A DNA stretch of 64,000 nucleotides from Carcharhinus amblyrhynchos. Its lineage: Eukaryota. Below the pieces are notes generated by a model that was given only the letters and a program-made list of their open reading frames with translations, did no database searches and was not told where the DNA came from. Shown in pieces: positions 38,601 through 53,600 of this stretch. Within the stretch, counting starts at the first letter, position 1. Every line of letters starts with the position of its first letter. Location of the stretch: contig OZ336872.1 of assembly GCA_965287045.1 (NCBI GenBank), forward strand, positions 8,184,001 to 8,248,000, read 5' to 3'. The position numbers and the translations under genes were made by a program.

Positions 38601-41600
38601 CAATTTGAAGATGAAAGGAAGATATTTTGTTGCGTGGAAGTTAGCACGTTGTTGTTAATGTGCTGGCTGCTTGCTGTGTCTGATGGTTTATTTGCAGGCA
38701 TATTACATCAGTGTTGTTAGGATGTGTTTACTCTGGTTGAAGTGTAAATGGCAAGATAACAACTAGTGTAGGCAAGCTTAGAAATAACATTGGCCTGGAC
38801 TCATTTCAGTCACCTGGTGGTCAGAGAGTAATTCCCCAGATTTGTTTCCTCAAATTGGCCTGGATTTTTCTATGTTTTGGTCTCCAGGAGATCAAGATTT
38901 TGTTGGGTGAGAGTAGAAAGTGTATATATTGTGATGTGTGTAGAACATGCTGGGTGGACCAGAGGAATACCTTCATGTGTGTGCCTAAAGTTATACTCAA
39001 TCCCAAGGTTACTTTTGTCCTGTTTTACCAAAGGAATGAAATGATAACTTGGCTGCAATTACACTATCTTTCACCAGCTTTTAACGTTCATCGATTTCCA
39101 ATGAAACATGCTGGACAAAAGCAGCATGGCCATCAATGTTTGAAGGAGGTTTTTTAGATTCCAGCTCTTTAGACACATAATCTCTACCAATCATTAACCT
39201 CCACAAGTAACTCTTTGGTACAGTGACAAGCATGCTCTGCTTTTCCAGGATTTTGTTTACTGTGTTGGAGCACTCCTCATTTTTATTTGTCGAGCAACAT
39301 GCTGTAGGACTTCAGTAGCTCCATTAGAACATGTCAGTCAAATGCAGGTTGTATCTATTAACTCATCAAAAAGTTGACGAAACACTTTTTTTAGGTTTGC
39401 CCAGACAGAGGTGGCAGCCCTCGGTATTTTTAATCGGATGAAGTAGTCAATCTTTGTGCAGTACAATCGCTCAATGTTGCCTATGAGCTAATTTGAAAAG
39501 CGAGCTTCCGGTTCTGAGAGCAGTCTGTACCTGCAGAGTGCGTGGCTCTCCAGTCGCTGACATCTCCAATTGTGTTTTTGCTCGGTCTACAATAGCTACA
39601 GTCTTTCAAATGAACAAAAGCTGCTAACTGGAAAATGGTTTTGTGCTCAGACTCTTCATTGTACAAAGCATTCCTATTTTCAGTTACTGCGACTTTGGAA
39701 CTCTCTAGGTTGGAAGGCGTTGAGTATTTTTAAGGCAGAAGTAGATAAGTTTCCTTGCCTAAGAAGGATCTTAGATTGTCAGGGGGTAGATGAGAACGTG
39801 GAAGTCAATGCAGACAGATCAGTCATGATCTTATTGAATGGTGGAGCAGTCTCCAAGGGCTGAATGGCCTACCTTTGTTCCCATTTCTTATTTTGTACAT
39901 CGCAGTTGATTTTTTATTAGTTTCTGTTATTAAGACGGCGTTAGCCCTATGGAATGGAACACATTGGCATTTTGGGTGTCTCATAGCAGATTTAAACACT
40001 CTTCAGATTTGACAAAATATGTACTAGATGTCAAGCAAAGCTCCAGATATCCTGTTGTCACAACCCCCTCTCTCCAAGCTCCTGCACAGTAAATGTTCCT
40101 CCTGCAGCTTTTTAATGGTGCCTCCGGATGAGATTCTCCAATCAAGTGTCAGATTACAATGCTGTTGTGTTTCTTTCCCGTTGGAAATGCGGTTGAGATT
40201 GCATTGCATATTTCACCCAGCACCCTGACAGCCGACAGAATGAGACTTTCATTCCTTTCAATTAGAACTTGGGCTGCTGCTGAGAGGCACATCTGCTAAA
40301 TGGCTGTGCCAAGTAGCTCCCCCTCCTCTCCATCTGCACCTACTGTTAATGAATGATCTAAAAGCAATTTTTACTCGTAGTGGGAAAATATTTCCAAGTT
40401 CGTGCAAGCTGAATATTGTGAATGCAAGAGCTGTAATTGGGGTAATGGTAATCATGCCTTGTCGTGCCATTGGAGTTAAGGAAATGTGCTTAAACTGAGT
40501 GTGACAAGTTGGCTGTCCAGTCAAGCTGTGGTAGCGTGGAAAGGATTGCTGCATTTAAGCCTCTAACTAGCATTGCACTTGATACAGATTTGATTTATTT
40601 ATGACTTGATCTATCAAATTTACTGGCTATTCTCATTCACTTGTTTGTTTTCAGGTTCAACCATCTGTAGCCAAGCTTATTTTAGTTAATTTCCATTGGA
40701 AAACGTCCGATATTTCAGAACGGTAAGGAAGCTTACTTTGTATGTACAGCTTGGTATGTTTGCACAGTCACCTGATTCTGTCTCAATATAATCCCCTTTT
40801 TTCTTTTTGCTGAGAACACAACTTTAAATAAATGATCTGACCACAATCTGTTTATATTGACATCTCTGAAAATGCTTTTACATATATAGTCAGTGGAGTA
40901 TACTATTTATTATCTGTAGCAAGTTCAACTTGAGTGACTAAATTTCTAATCTCATTTATCTTTAACATTTTTTGCCTTGAGCTGTTTGTTTTTTTTTGTT
41001 AACCTTACACGCAGTTATTACTAACCAAGGGAAGAACTTAGTCAAGTCAAGGCGCATTGTGAAGGACAAAACTTAATTCGGTGAATCAACATGTGGGGCT
41101 GGTAGATTGTTGGAGGAAGGAGAAACAGGGATGTAGAGAGCATTATAGTTAAAGTTCTGAGAAAGTAAGTTGGGATGGGATGTGTGGGTCAAAGACATGA
41201 TCTCCTCTTGATCTCAGCCCCTGCCAGTTCCCTCCTTTTACACAAAGGCCATTTCAGCCTTTGATTGCCTCTTAACCTGATTAAACTTCACAGGCTGCTT
41301 CTGACTTGAATTTTGACTGCCCAAGGAGATGTTTGGTTTGTTGCAGGTAACAGGCATGTAACCATTTGGCTGAAGTTATCCTTCAGCGGTCACTTTAGAA
41401 CCATGCGAATATTATTAGTTTTTGTGTCTACCAACTGCACTCAGTTTTTAAGAGCAGTGATCTAGGTGGTCTGATTCGGAGGGCTTGTTTGAAATTTGAT
41501 CTGTTATCCTCTGACAGCTTGTTTTGCTTTTTGTTGTAAAAACAGGCCAAGTTAGCATCTATAACGAGAAGCTGAGTCTTATCTCTGTGAGAATTACATT

Positions 41601-44600
41601 AGTCCTTGGATATGTCATTGAATGGAATTGCTGAGTGATTAAAGGTCACACGTGGTCTATTGTGGGCAACATATTTGAGAAGTTCGTAGTCCTTGTTATC
41701 TGCTTGCAAGTTGCAGGGTCGATCTGGCTCTAGGAGGGCTACATAGAATTATGTAGCATGTGTGTTCTGATGTTCATTTTCAACAGACACTTGATCTGAC
41801 TGGTTTGTACCTTTGTTTTGCTTCACATAAGCCTCCTCCTACTATGCTTCATCTAATTACCTATTAGCATATCCTTCTATTTCTTCATCCTTGTGTTTTT
41901 ATACCTTAAACACATTTGGAGTCATCGATTCATTACCTCACTGAAAGAGGCCCTTTGTCCCATGAAGTCCATGCCAGCATTCTGTCGACCATAACCTGTC
42001 CCATTCCTCCATACTATCCCTGTTGCTCTGCAACCTTATTTTGCTGTAGTGCCCATAACGGTTTGAAAGGAAATTGTTCTTCATCTCTGATGCCCACCAG
42101 CTTTGTAGGTATCAAGTTCCAGGCCATTATCTCTGCAAAAATATTGTTTTCATTCAAGCATCCACCCCCCCCCTCCACACACACACACACACACACACAC
42201 ACCTGTTGCCAAATGCTTTAAGTGTATGCCTCTAGTCCTAGTCCCCAGTTGTTCATAATCCGGAACACCCCTGTACAATTTCTCTTCAATCTCCTTTTAT
42301 TCCACAGTGAAAAATCCAGCTTTTCCAAACTAACGTTGTGACCCTCATCCCTGGAACCATTCTGGTAAATCTCTGCACCCTTCAAGGATCCTCATACTCT
42401 TCCTAAGGTGTGGTGACCAGAACTGGACACAACGTTCTGATTGTGCACTGCCAGAATTTTATAGAAGTTCAGCATAACTTTTCCTGCTTTTACATTCAGT
42501 ACCTTTTATTTATGAAGCCCAAGATCCCACGTGCTTTCCGAATGGCTCGGTCAATATGTCCTTCAAAGGTTTATGCACATGTGCTCCCAGGACCCTCTTT
42601 TCCTGCATAGACTTTAGAACTGTGCCATTAGAACTGCGGCACAGTAGCACAGTGGTTAGCACTGCTGCTTCACAGTTCCAGGGTCCCAGGTTCGATTCCT
42701 GGCTCGGGTCATTGTGTAGGGTTTGCAGTCTCCTCGTGCCTGCGTGGGTTTCCTCCAGGTACTCCGGTTTCCTCCCGCAGTCCAAAGATGTGCAGGTTAG
42801 GTTGATTGGCCATGCTAAGAAATTGCCCCGTAGTGTCCAGGGATGCGTAGGTTAGAGGGATTATTGGGTATAATATGTAGGGATGTGGGGGTAGGGCCTG
42901 GGTGGGATTGTGTTTGGCGCAGACTCGATGGGCCGAAGGGCCTCCTTCTGCAGTGTAGAGTTCTATGATTCTATTTAGTCTATATTGCCTCTCCCTGTCC
43001 CTTAATGCAAAAGTGCACAAACTCTCAATTTTCAGCATTAAATTGCATCCGCTACTTGTCTGACCACCGTCTGTGTCATTCTACAGACAAGAGTGCCTAA
43101 GTTTGGTATCATCACGTTTTGAGATGTTACTCTGTATTCCAATATGCAAATAATTTATATATATTTTAATAAGTGATATTAGCACTGACACTTGGGGAAC
43201 ACCACTGTCTACCATCCCCAGTGTAAAAAAATGCGCATTTAACATGATGTGCACTTCTCTGCCCCAAAACCATTTTTTAATCCAACGTGACTGAGTTTCC
43301 AATGTTCACTTTTATTAACAGCCTTTTCTGTGGTTATGCTAGTTACTTCATTTACTTCACGTTCTAACAACTCTCCAGGTAAATAGTTAATTAAACGGAT
43401 GTGAATTTGGCAAAGCAACCACTTGAATGTTATCCTCTTTCTTTCAGGCACAAATCTAACCCGACTCAGCTTCTGGTGGAAGCCAGAGTTCAGCCAAAAA
43501 CAGCAAAAAATGTAAGTGCTTGGAGTGCGCAACTGGATTTAGTTTTCAACCAGTTTCAAGAAACGGAAAACACTGTTGGTGTAAAATGGTGTTGGTGCTC
43601 AATGCAGCTTGTGTATTTCATTTGTTTCCCAGACGTTTATCCATTCTTCTCATCATTGTGGTGTATGCCTGCAGTCAGTTCGGAAAGAGAATTTGCTGTC
43701 CTTGCCCTGCCACCATCCATTCTGCCGCAGTTGCTGGGAACAGCATAGCACTGTACTGGTGAAAGATGGAATCGGAGTGGGTGAGTCGAGGACTCAATGT
43801 TGCAATAAAGATAACGTTTATGGGAGTCATTATTCCTCATGTCAGCTGGCAACTTTTAGATGCTGCAGCAGTTTTTCTCTTTATAGTTCAAATGAGTTTC
43901 TGTCCAAAATGCCTTTTTAAATTTAGCAACAGCATGTGTCTTTGGAAATTTCATCTGCCCCCAGTACATAGCCAGCTAGTCAAGGCATTCCTTTTGGCAG
44001 CAGAGTGGCAGAACTTGGGTTCATGCCTAAGATTCCCCAAGTATCTGACCTTGTTTATATCATTGGGGCGAGATGGCAATTAGGAACAATTGTTCTTTTG
44101 TGCCTTAGACAAGGGTAGTTATCCTGGGCCCTTATTCCATTTGTTACTGGCTGACTCTATCTCTAATACTGGCAGGGACCTTCGTGTTTATTTTGATTTT
44201 GACTTGCTTTGGAGGTGAAGGATAAAAATATTTTCATCCCCTCCGATCTATCCCAAAGACTGACCAAGTGATATGTTCTTAAGCAGTTATTAAGGAGGCT
44301 GTTTATTGAGAAATGCGATGATAGCCTGGTTATCAATAAGCAGTAACTTAAAGATCCCCATCTATTCTAATTGAAAACAAAAAAGTGTAAAAATTATCCT
44401 TACAACCATCACCAGTATACTGAAAATTATTTCAGCCAGATTCTCACCCTGAGGAATGGAAGACAACAGGGTTCTTTGCCTGATGGTATCTAAGAGATGA
44501 GTTACAATGACAGTCTCCCATTTCAGCTTGAAAAAGTAAAAATGGATGGAGGTGAATGAGGTGTTGTCAGTCTGTAGTTTAATAATAGGATGAGGTTAGC

Positions 44601-47600
44601 TCCTGTGGCGGGTTTCAGATTCCAGTCATGCACCTGGAAGTTGTGGAGTAGAAAAGTAATGCCACCTTTGTCAGATAAAGTTGAGGCGGGACTGTGCATT
44701 CCAGAAAGTGGTTGAATGGGCTTAGACCAGTTGTTTACCTCTCCTCGAGAATGTGCCCAAGCAAGACTCTGAAAGTTACTCCTCATAAGTACTCCCAAAC
44801 CTGGAGAGGTGTAGAAGGCTGACCAGCAAGGCATTGATTGAGTGACGAAGCAATGAATTCACTGAATACAGTACTTCCCCTTTAGAAATGATTGATTTGC
44901 TATTATAACACAGTATTTTCAGATTGAAGAGGAAATTAATGCTTAAAACACAAATTGGAAGAATAATAGTTTACTATTTTGAGTTGGAGGTTCTGTTGGA
45001 AACATTGAAGGGAAACTAACTGGAACGGAGAAGTTTGAACTTTTTACTACTGATTATTAAAAGATCAGCATTCTACTGTTCCCAAATGCTCACTGAGGAG
45101 GTGAATAAAAAGTTGTTGGAATAAACACTATGATTTGTATATTGTGAGCACTAAACTAGCTTAAAATTAGATATTGCATCTTTTTCTTTAAAGCTTCTGT
45201 GTTGTGTTCCTTCCTGTGTTTTTAATGCTTTATTTTATCGTGATTGTAGTCGTCAATGACTGTAGCAAATTGGATATAAAGCAGTCCAGTATGGAAAGAG
45301 ATCCTTGCTGTGTTCAAGTGAATGGCTAATCTTTAGTGACACAGTAAATCCTGTCAAATGACTATATTCAGAGCTGTCAGGAGACATTTTATAGACCAGC
45401 GTTTGCTTTAGTGGTTTCTTAATATTGGCTTCCTAAAAATCAGCATGTTCCTATTACAAGGTTCTCTCTCCAAATATTTTTTTGACCAGCATGAACCATG
45501 TGGCTACTTGATGCACTCTCTTGGATTAAAAACATTTAGTTGTCAAAGTTTTACACTATCTAAACTGTGTTGTATGTTGTTTGGTAAAAAGCTTTGAAAA
45601 CTGATCTGTTTCCATATGAATTGAATTACATTGATGTGTGCCCCTGATTGCAGCAGCTAGACAGAGTGTTGTTGTGAACTGCTAGCTGCATACAAGTTAT
45701 CTGGAAATTAATTGCTCTGAAATGGTTACCGTTAGTCTCCCTTTGATCGAGTGTTGTAATATGCAGGCTGTGGCTGCTTTTGGCCGTTTTGATTTCTTTT
45801 GCTTCTTGATTATTGCTTATGCTGTCTGCCTGTGGTCAATGCTTTCCACATGGGCTAAAATTTGTGCTCACTAGGGTTGCTTCTAAGTCATTTTGCTTGA
45901 CAATTGTGGCTGAGAGTGAGTGAGATGTTATTTTTGGCACAATAGCCTGACTGTATTTGAACCCTGATTAAAGTATTCACATCTCTCTCCCCCGCCACTT
46001 GCCCTAACCACCTCGAATATTTTGAACGCGATAATCCTGCACTATTAACCATGGGCAGCAGAAACCCAAAATGTCCACTTCATTTTGTAATGACTATTGG
46101 AAAGTTATTTTGATACTTTTTGAATCCTTTGGTCCTTTTTCTCTTGAAGATGCTGATTCTTGGCTGGGCTATAGGCCCACATACGTTGAATGCTCTCTGG
46201 ACTCTTGTCCAAGTGGCTATAATTTGTGATGCTTGACCATGTATTCCATTAGGACGTAAACCATGATGAGCAGTGCAACTGAGCGCTGCTCCAACATCCA
46301 CTGAGACACTCTTCCATCAGCAGCTGAAATCTGATAACTTAGCCAATGAACAGAACGACATCACTGTTATTACTCTATTAGCTAGGCCCCAAGGAACTTG
46401 TGTATATTTTCATTTAGGTAAATTGGGAAGCAAGAATGCCCCCCTTCTGCTTTACTTCTAACATCTAATAGGGCTAAAGAACATCCTCTCAGCCATTAAT
46501 GTTGTGAACTGAGCAGAACAATACCGTGTCATTAAATTTCATGTCTCCCTTGGTCCCTGTGAGAAGTACTTGACATTTCATGGAGTAGAATTGGAGCTGG
46601 GAGTACATGAGTATTTGGGCATGCTGTGGCCATCAGCGCTGATTCCTAGGCGAAATTGCGGCACATAGAGGTTTACAGCATGGAAACAGGCACTTCGGCC
46701 CAACTTGTCCATGCCACCTTTTTTTAAACCTCTAAGCTAATCCCAATTACCTACATTTGGCCCATATCCCTCTATACCCATCTTACCCATGTAACTTTTG
46801 AAAAGACAAAATTGTACTCGCCTCTACAATTATCTCTGGCAGCTTGTTCCAGACGCTCAGCACCTTCTGTGTGAAAAATTGCCTCTCTAGACACTTCTGT
46901 ATCTCTCACCTTAAACCTATGCCCTCTAGTTTAGACTCCCCTACCTTTGGGAAAAGATATTGACTAGATGATCTGTGCCCCTCATTATTTTGTAGACCTG
47001 TATAAGATCACATGTCAGCCTCCTATGCTCCAGAGAAAGAAGTCCAGTCTATCCAGTCTCTCCTTATAACTGAAACCATCAAGTCCTGGTAGCAAACTGG
47101 TAAATCTTTTCTGCACTGTTTCTAGTTTAATATCCTTTCTACAATAGGGTGACCAGAACTGTACACAGTATTCCAAGTGTCTTGTACAACTTCAACAAGA
47201 TGCCTCAACTCCTGTATTCAGTGTTCTGACCGATGAAACCAAGCATGCTGAATGCCTTTTTCACCATTCTGTCCACCTGTGACTCCACTTTCAACAAACT
47301 ATGAACATGTACTCCTAAATATTTGTTCTATAACTCTCTGCAATGCCCTACCATTAACTGAGTAAGTCCTGCCCTGGTTCAATCTATCAAAATGCATCAC
47401 CTTGCATTTATCTAAATTATACTCCCATCTGCCGTTCGTCAGCCTGCTGGCCCAATTGATCAAGATCCCATTGCAGTTCGAGATAACCTTCCTCGTGTCC
47501 ACTATTCCTCCAATCTTGGTGTTTTCTGCAACTTGTTAACCATGCCTCCTATATTTTCATCCAAATCATTAATATAAATGACCAGCATTGTCCCCTGAGG

Positions 47601-50600
47601 CACACCATTGGTCACAGGCTTCCAGTTTGAAAAACAACCCTCTGCAACCACCCTCTAGCTTCTGTCATCCAGCCAATTTTGAATCCATTTAGCTACCTCA
47701 CCCTGGATCACGTGAGATTTAATCTTATGCAAAAACCTACCATGCAGTATCTTGTCAAAGGCCTTGCTAAAATCCATGTAGACAACATCAACCACACTGC
47801 TGTCATCTACCTTCTTGGTTACCCCTTCAAAAAACTTAATGAAATTTGTGAGGCATGATTTTTCACTCAAAGCTGTATGTAGTTCCATTAAGGGTCTGTT
47901 AATTCAAACATGGTGGTAAGATTGTTGTGTGGTGAGTGTTGCAAGTGGACTGTGTGCAAAGATTTATTTTTCAGAACCTGATCCTGTTTTAAAATATTGT
48001 CAGATTTTGTTTGAAGGCTTGATGGTAACCAGTCTGTGTACCTTGCTAGGCATATCCTGTATGGCACAAGATTGCTTGCTCCGAACTCCTGAGGATTTTG
48101 CTTTTCCTTTGATTTCTAACGAAGAACTGAGAGAGAAATATAGGCGCTACCTCTTCAGAGATTATATAGAGGTGGGTGATCTTAAACATGTTTTAAACAT
48201 TTGATGGAATGGGGATGTAATAATTGACAAGGTATGTATGTGTTAAAAGTTTGTTGACGTGAAACAGGAGAAGGTGACTATCTTCGTTATCATAGAATCC
48301 CTACAGTACGGAAGGAGGCTATTCAGCTCATTGAGTCTGTACTGACCACAATCCCACCCATGCCCTATTTCTGTAACCCCATGCGTTTAGCCTGCTAATT
48401 CCCCTGACACCAGGGTCAATTCAGCATGGCCAATCTACCTAATCCGCACATGTTTGGAGTGTGGGAGGAAACCCACGCAGACGTGAGCTATCATTAATTA
48501 TAAATTCAACTTGAATCAAAAATGCGCTGACGATAGTGAATCAAAAGTAAAAATTTTTCTTTTCTTGGACTCCCAGCTTGTCTGAGGGCAAAGATGTGAC
48601 TCTACTGTCTTGGCTAATCTCAGTGCCCTTGGTCCTGAGTGGGAGGTTCGATTACCTGAGGTTCCCACTCTTGGAGGCTGTCCATTGAACAATGGTGGTA
48701 AGCATCAGTAGAAGTTAGGCAAGAATAAATTAAGCTTGGTGCTGATGCCACCCAGTTGCCATTGTAAGTACACTATAGAAGCTCTGGACTAAATAGTCAA
48801 GGGGCATATGTTGAAATGTACAGTGACAGGAGCTGATCTCTTGTAGAGGGACATTGTGGAATGAGTGGAAATCACATCAGTAATTCAGGTAAATATATTT
48901 ACATATGATTTTAGAACTAAGATGGTATTTCTCCTGCATTAATTATTTTTCCGTGTCCACTTGTCCAAATGGTACAAATCTGATGAGCAATAATATGAAA
49001 TATCTTGGTTTACCTTCTGTAATATTTCAGTGCACTTGGAACTGTCACGGAAAACTAGTTATTTCCTCAGCAGGAATTGACTGTACTTGATTCTGTGCCT
49101 CTAATTGGTGACAATCGCATATTGCATTGCTGGCTACTGCACTGAGATCTGAGATGAAAGTGATATTGAACCTGCAAATTAACTCATGTATTTGTCAGAG
49201 ACCAGAAATAGAAGAGCTCTCAGGAGTGTGACCTAAGCAATTTCAGCGAGTAAAAGAGTGGAGTATTTTCCTCCCACTCTCGGTTAGCTAGCTTCACACT
49301 GAATCTCTACTTGAAAATGAGCTAAGGAACTGAACCCTGAAGAATAAAATCCGCTTCAGCTGAGGGATTTGTTTTACCACAAAGGTACATTGAGGCAGTG
49401 AGAAAGCAAAGCCTTTAAGTTTGACTGGAACATGCTAGAGTGCACGCTGATTCTTTTTTAATCAAGCTTGAACAATTGCCATTCTCTTGAGCTTGTCCTA
49501 AAGTAGCACTCTGTTTGCTTTCTCCACTGCCCAACTCCCCTCTTCCCTTCCACACTCCTCTCCAAACCATCCAAGGGTGAGAATAGCAACATTGGAAAGT
49601 TGGTAGGCTGCGAGTAGTTGCTCCCAGAATAAGTGAAGCTTTGGCACTGTGTAGGCATAGATACAAAGTGGAGTTGAATTGCAGATGATCTCAGGCCCAT
49701 ATTGTGAGCACTGTTTTCTCATTATATCCTTCAGTTCTTCCCAGAGGTTTTTCTGAAGTACAGACATTATGGTAGAAAACACACAAAGACCAAGTAATTT
49801 CAGCACTGACTCATAGCTAAGAATGGGTTATGCAATCACTTGCACCCTTGTTGACAATTTAAAGATTCTGCTGCCCTGCTTCCTCCTTGATTGTTATGTT
49901 TCTTTCTGTTTTAATTCCCCCTCCCTCTTTTGCAGTATGCTTTGATAGTTAAAAGAACCACTTCTGTGAATGTTACCCGCAAAACTCTTGTAGGCGATAT
50001 TCATTCTAGTTTGACTATTGTTAGCTGTAATAACTTGTGTTCACCAGTTCAAAGAGAAACAACAGACTTATTTACAGGCCAAGACTGTACAAAGACTTGC
50101 AGCCTCATGGCTGCAGCCAGCTCCTGAGATGGTTCTGGAACAAAATCCTCTGATTACTGGGGAGAACCCCCAACCTGGTCCTTGATTTCCTGGCTCATGT
50201 GACCCTTAAAGGGAACAGTTACCTCATTTAGTTAATTGAGAGGTGGTGATTATATATAAGTTAATGAGAAGGTTTAATAGAATGGCCCTGCAGCATAAAA
50301 TAACTCTTCAAGGAACCAGCTTCACTGAAATTGAGGAAGGATTTGATTGTGGTAGCATTAGCAAGAGTTGGCTGCATTGTTTTTTCAGTTGTTGGCCAAT
50401 TCAGTGTTAACAGAAGTTTGAAGATTGTATTGCTCACCCATCAAGCTTTATAATACCGTTAAAGAGCAGATTTTTAATTTTTATTTTAAATTACTAAATA
50501 GTTGTTGAATGAATTGTATTGTTAATGCGTTATGACTAATAGAGGATAAGCTAGCTTACTGAGTGAGGACTTCAAATGTACAACCCTTAAATTAGCATGA

Positions 50601-53600
50601 AGCAGGAACTGCATGATTCAGCGCTGAATGTTGAACATCATTTGGTTATGACTGCCACTTTTGCATTGTCCACTAGACAATAGTATTTGATGTCAGAGGG
50701 ACATCAAAACAGGGACAGAAATGGCTTTGATTCATGCGTGTAATCAGAGGGGGCCATAGTCTTGTGAGGGCACTTTTTACTCATTGTTTCCTCATTCCAT
50801 ATTTAAAAATGTCTTTCTGGCCCTTTCACCAGGTTTTTTTTTAAAAAAAAATCTTACTCTGCCCTTAAAGTTACAAAGCCAATGCTCAGAGTGGACCTAA
50901 CAAACCCTAATCCGTTCTTTGCTTGTCCCAAAAACCAAATTCAAATTGAAAGCAATTCATGGTTCCCACAAAAGAGACAAACAAGATTCAAGTTGGCAAG
51001 AGAAGGTATCTTGGGCTTGATCTAAGCCAAAAGGCCAAGATCATTGTTTGACCCCTGCCAAGTAAGTATTTTAAGCTGATGGGTTAGGTTAATCAGGCTG
51101 ATTAACCTAACCAACCAGGGGGCGGCATGGTAGCACAGTCGTTAGCACTGCTTCTTCACAGCTCCATGGCCCTGGATTTGATTCCCGGCTCGGGTCACTG
51201 TCTGTGTGGAGTTTGCACATTCTCCTCGTGTCTGCGTGGGTTTCCTCTGGATACTCCGCTTTCCTCCCACAGTCCAAAGATGTGCAGGTTAGGTTGATTG
51301 GCCATGCTAAGAAATTGCCCCTTAGTGACCAGGGTTAGAGGGATTATTGGGTATAATGTATAGGGATATAGGGGTAGGTAGGTTAGGGGGATTATTGGGT
51401 ATAATGTATAGGGATATAGGGGTAGGTCCTGGGTGGGATTGTGTTTGGTGCAGACTCGATGGGCTGAAGGGCCTCTTTCTGCAATGTAGGGTTGTATGGT
51501 TCTGATGTCGGAAACCCATCAATTGCAAGCTACCAAAATTTGGAAAAGCAATCAGATTGCTCAGTTTCTTTCAAAATTCTTGATTGAGAAGCGGAAAATT
51601 GCTGGCAATCTTTCCCAATTTCATTTGCTTTCCGCATTTTCTCAGCCAATAAACTAATAGATGCAAATTTTAGTACAGTTAATCGCTTAAACATTTAAGC
51701 AATAGTAGTTTGCAGAGAGAAAATAATATTGCATGGAGTTGGTTAGCAATCGACCTTGTTCCCTGCTTTTATTTGTGATAAAACAGCATGCTATGTCTGG
51801 GAACATGGATTTTTCGGCCCAGATGTCCAGTTGATCTATAGCTATCAGTATGTCTTGTAAAACCTCATTAATACAGCTGTTTATCGATGTGTTTTTGTGA
51901 GAAAACTGCTTTATGCTGGCATGCTTTTGTTGTATCTGTCGGTGCTTGGTATAAGTGAATTAAAAATTACCAAATAGCTTTGCAAAACTTAAGTTGCAGC
52001 GATTACAGAAAATCTGTATAAAATCGGTGCTTGAAAGTGATTAGTGTACTAGATATAACACAACTGATGCATTTTAAAATTTCAAATAATTAGAGTTACA
52101 GAATTTAATTCTAAATCAAAATCAAAGATGGTTACATACTGTGAAAGAAAGTGACTTTTCCTGAACCCCTCAAGCTCAACTGCACTAATTTAATGCACAA
52201 GGCAGAACGTTTTAATACTTATGTTTTTCTTTCCATTTTGTATTTAGAAAATTGACCTAATAATTTTAATTTTGAGGAAGGTGGATGGTCCCACACCAGC
52301 AGTTGTTCAACCTTGACGCCAGATGTTTTTTCTCCCTTGTAAATTGAATGTGATGCTCAGACCAAGTCACGTGATGAGCTCGTGTCCCAGAATTTGGCGT
52401 AAAACCAGATTAGGTTGACATACTCCGATTGTTTGGCAAATGCCCATAACTAAACTGCAAGTTAATCGTAAATGATAATCAGAATTAAACTTTTCTGCAA
52501 GTAATGTTATAGGGGTTTGATAAACGCAATCTATTCTGGCATGGTCAAGTATTGAGAATGGCTACACGAACATTTTTCAGTTTGGGCAGAGCTGCCAGTG
52601 TATTAAGTGAAACTACACGTTCTGAATCTGGCTGGTGAACAGCCTTATGTTCCTTGAGCTTTGACTTTGGGAGTTTTTGTGTTTGCAAGAGAGCGATATG
52701 ATGGCCAAACTCATACTTTTCTCTTGGATTCCACTGCTATAACTGAAGTAGAGGTTGAAGATTTATCTAGAGTCAGGGAGTTTTGCCAATGTGCGGTGCA
52801 AAATTTGTTTCTTTGGCAACTGGGACTTGCTGATGACAAAATGATTGCTGCATGGAAAGACCTTTTGAAATGTTCAAAAGATGTGCCAAGGTGGTAATAC
52901 AAGTTTGTATTTTCTTCCCTTCAGTGGACTCAGCTGGATCTGGTGTGGATCAATTTTGTCAAAAAAGCACAACTTGTACCACTGTCCCTTTCCTATGTTG
53001 AAAATGCAAGAGGCTGTTGTGAAATCTGAAAGGCAAATCTTTCTCTCTTTGCTAACTGTTGCTTTGGTTGTTCTTAAAATAGAGCCACTATCAGTTGCAG
53101 CTGTGTCCTGGTGCTGACTGTCCCATGGTAATTCAGGTACAAGAACCCAAGGCTCGACGTGTGCAATGCAGCCGCTGTAATGAGGTCTTCTGGTATGTGT
53201 CTGACGTTGAAGTTAAATCCTGTTGAACAAAGATTAGTGCCCCCCTCAAGGCACTATTGCTTCATTGGTTGTTGAAAATCTCAATGCATGACTTAGAGTA
53301 ACAGTGAATTTTCCTGGTGTTTTTGGTACAATTGCTCCCCAGATGAATAGTGCCAAGAAAAATGATTCAATTTATTGCTGGCTGTTGGATGTCTTTTGTA
53401 CGTGTCCGCATAAGCCACTGCACTTCAAATGTTATTTACTTGATGTGAATCACTTTGCGATGTTTGAATAAGGTGTAATACAAATGTAATGCACTCAGTC
53501 TCTTAACTATGTTTAGCAATAATTAATTTCACACGAGGAAACCTATCACTATTCAAAGTTCCCCTGTATATTTATTTTTGATGCTTATGTGATACCTCTA

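Larger units (their letters stand above)
41930..43330 (-). mobile_element. Old CR1 fragment interrupted by an HE1 SINE
   Basis: [10 protein letters not shown]...SKRDDTKL remnant. Confidence 0.7.

Noticed and set aside
43741-43752. WEQHS in place of mammalian WEQHC in RING1
   Set aside because: Not one of the zinc-ligand positions; ordinary divergence.
46000-46640. Possible DNA transposase remnant on the minus strand
   Set aside because: No motif I can assign with confidence.
52350-52430. Possible C/D snoRNA (GTGATGA at ~52371)
   Set aside because: No CTGA D box at a suitable distance and no terminal stem.
52661-52897. 78-aa intronic ORF
   Set aside because: Non-ATG start, no good acceptor, and not part of the ARIH2 protein as I recall it.
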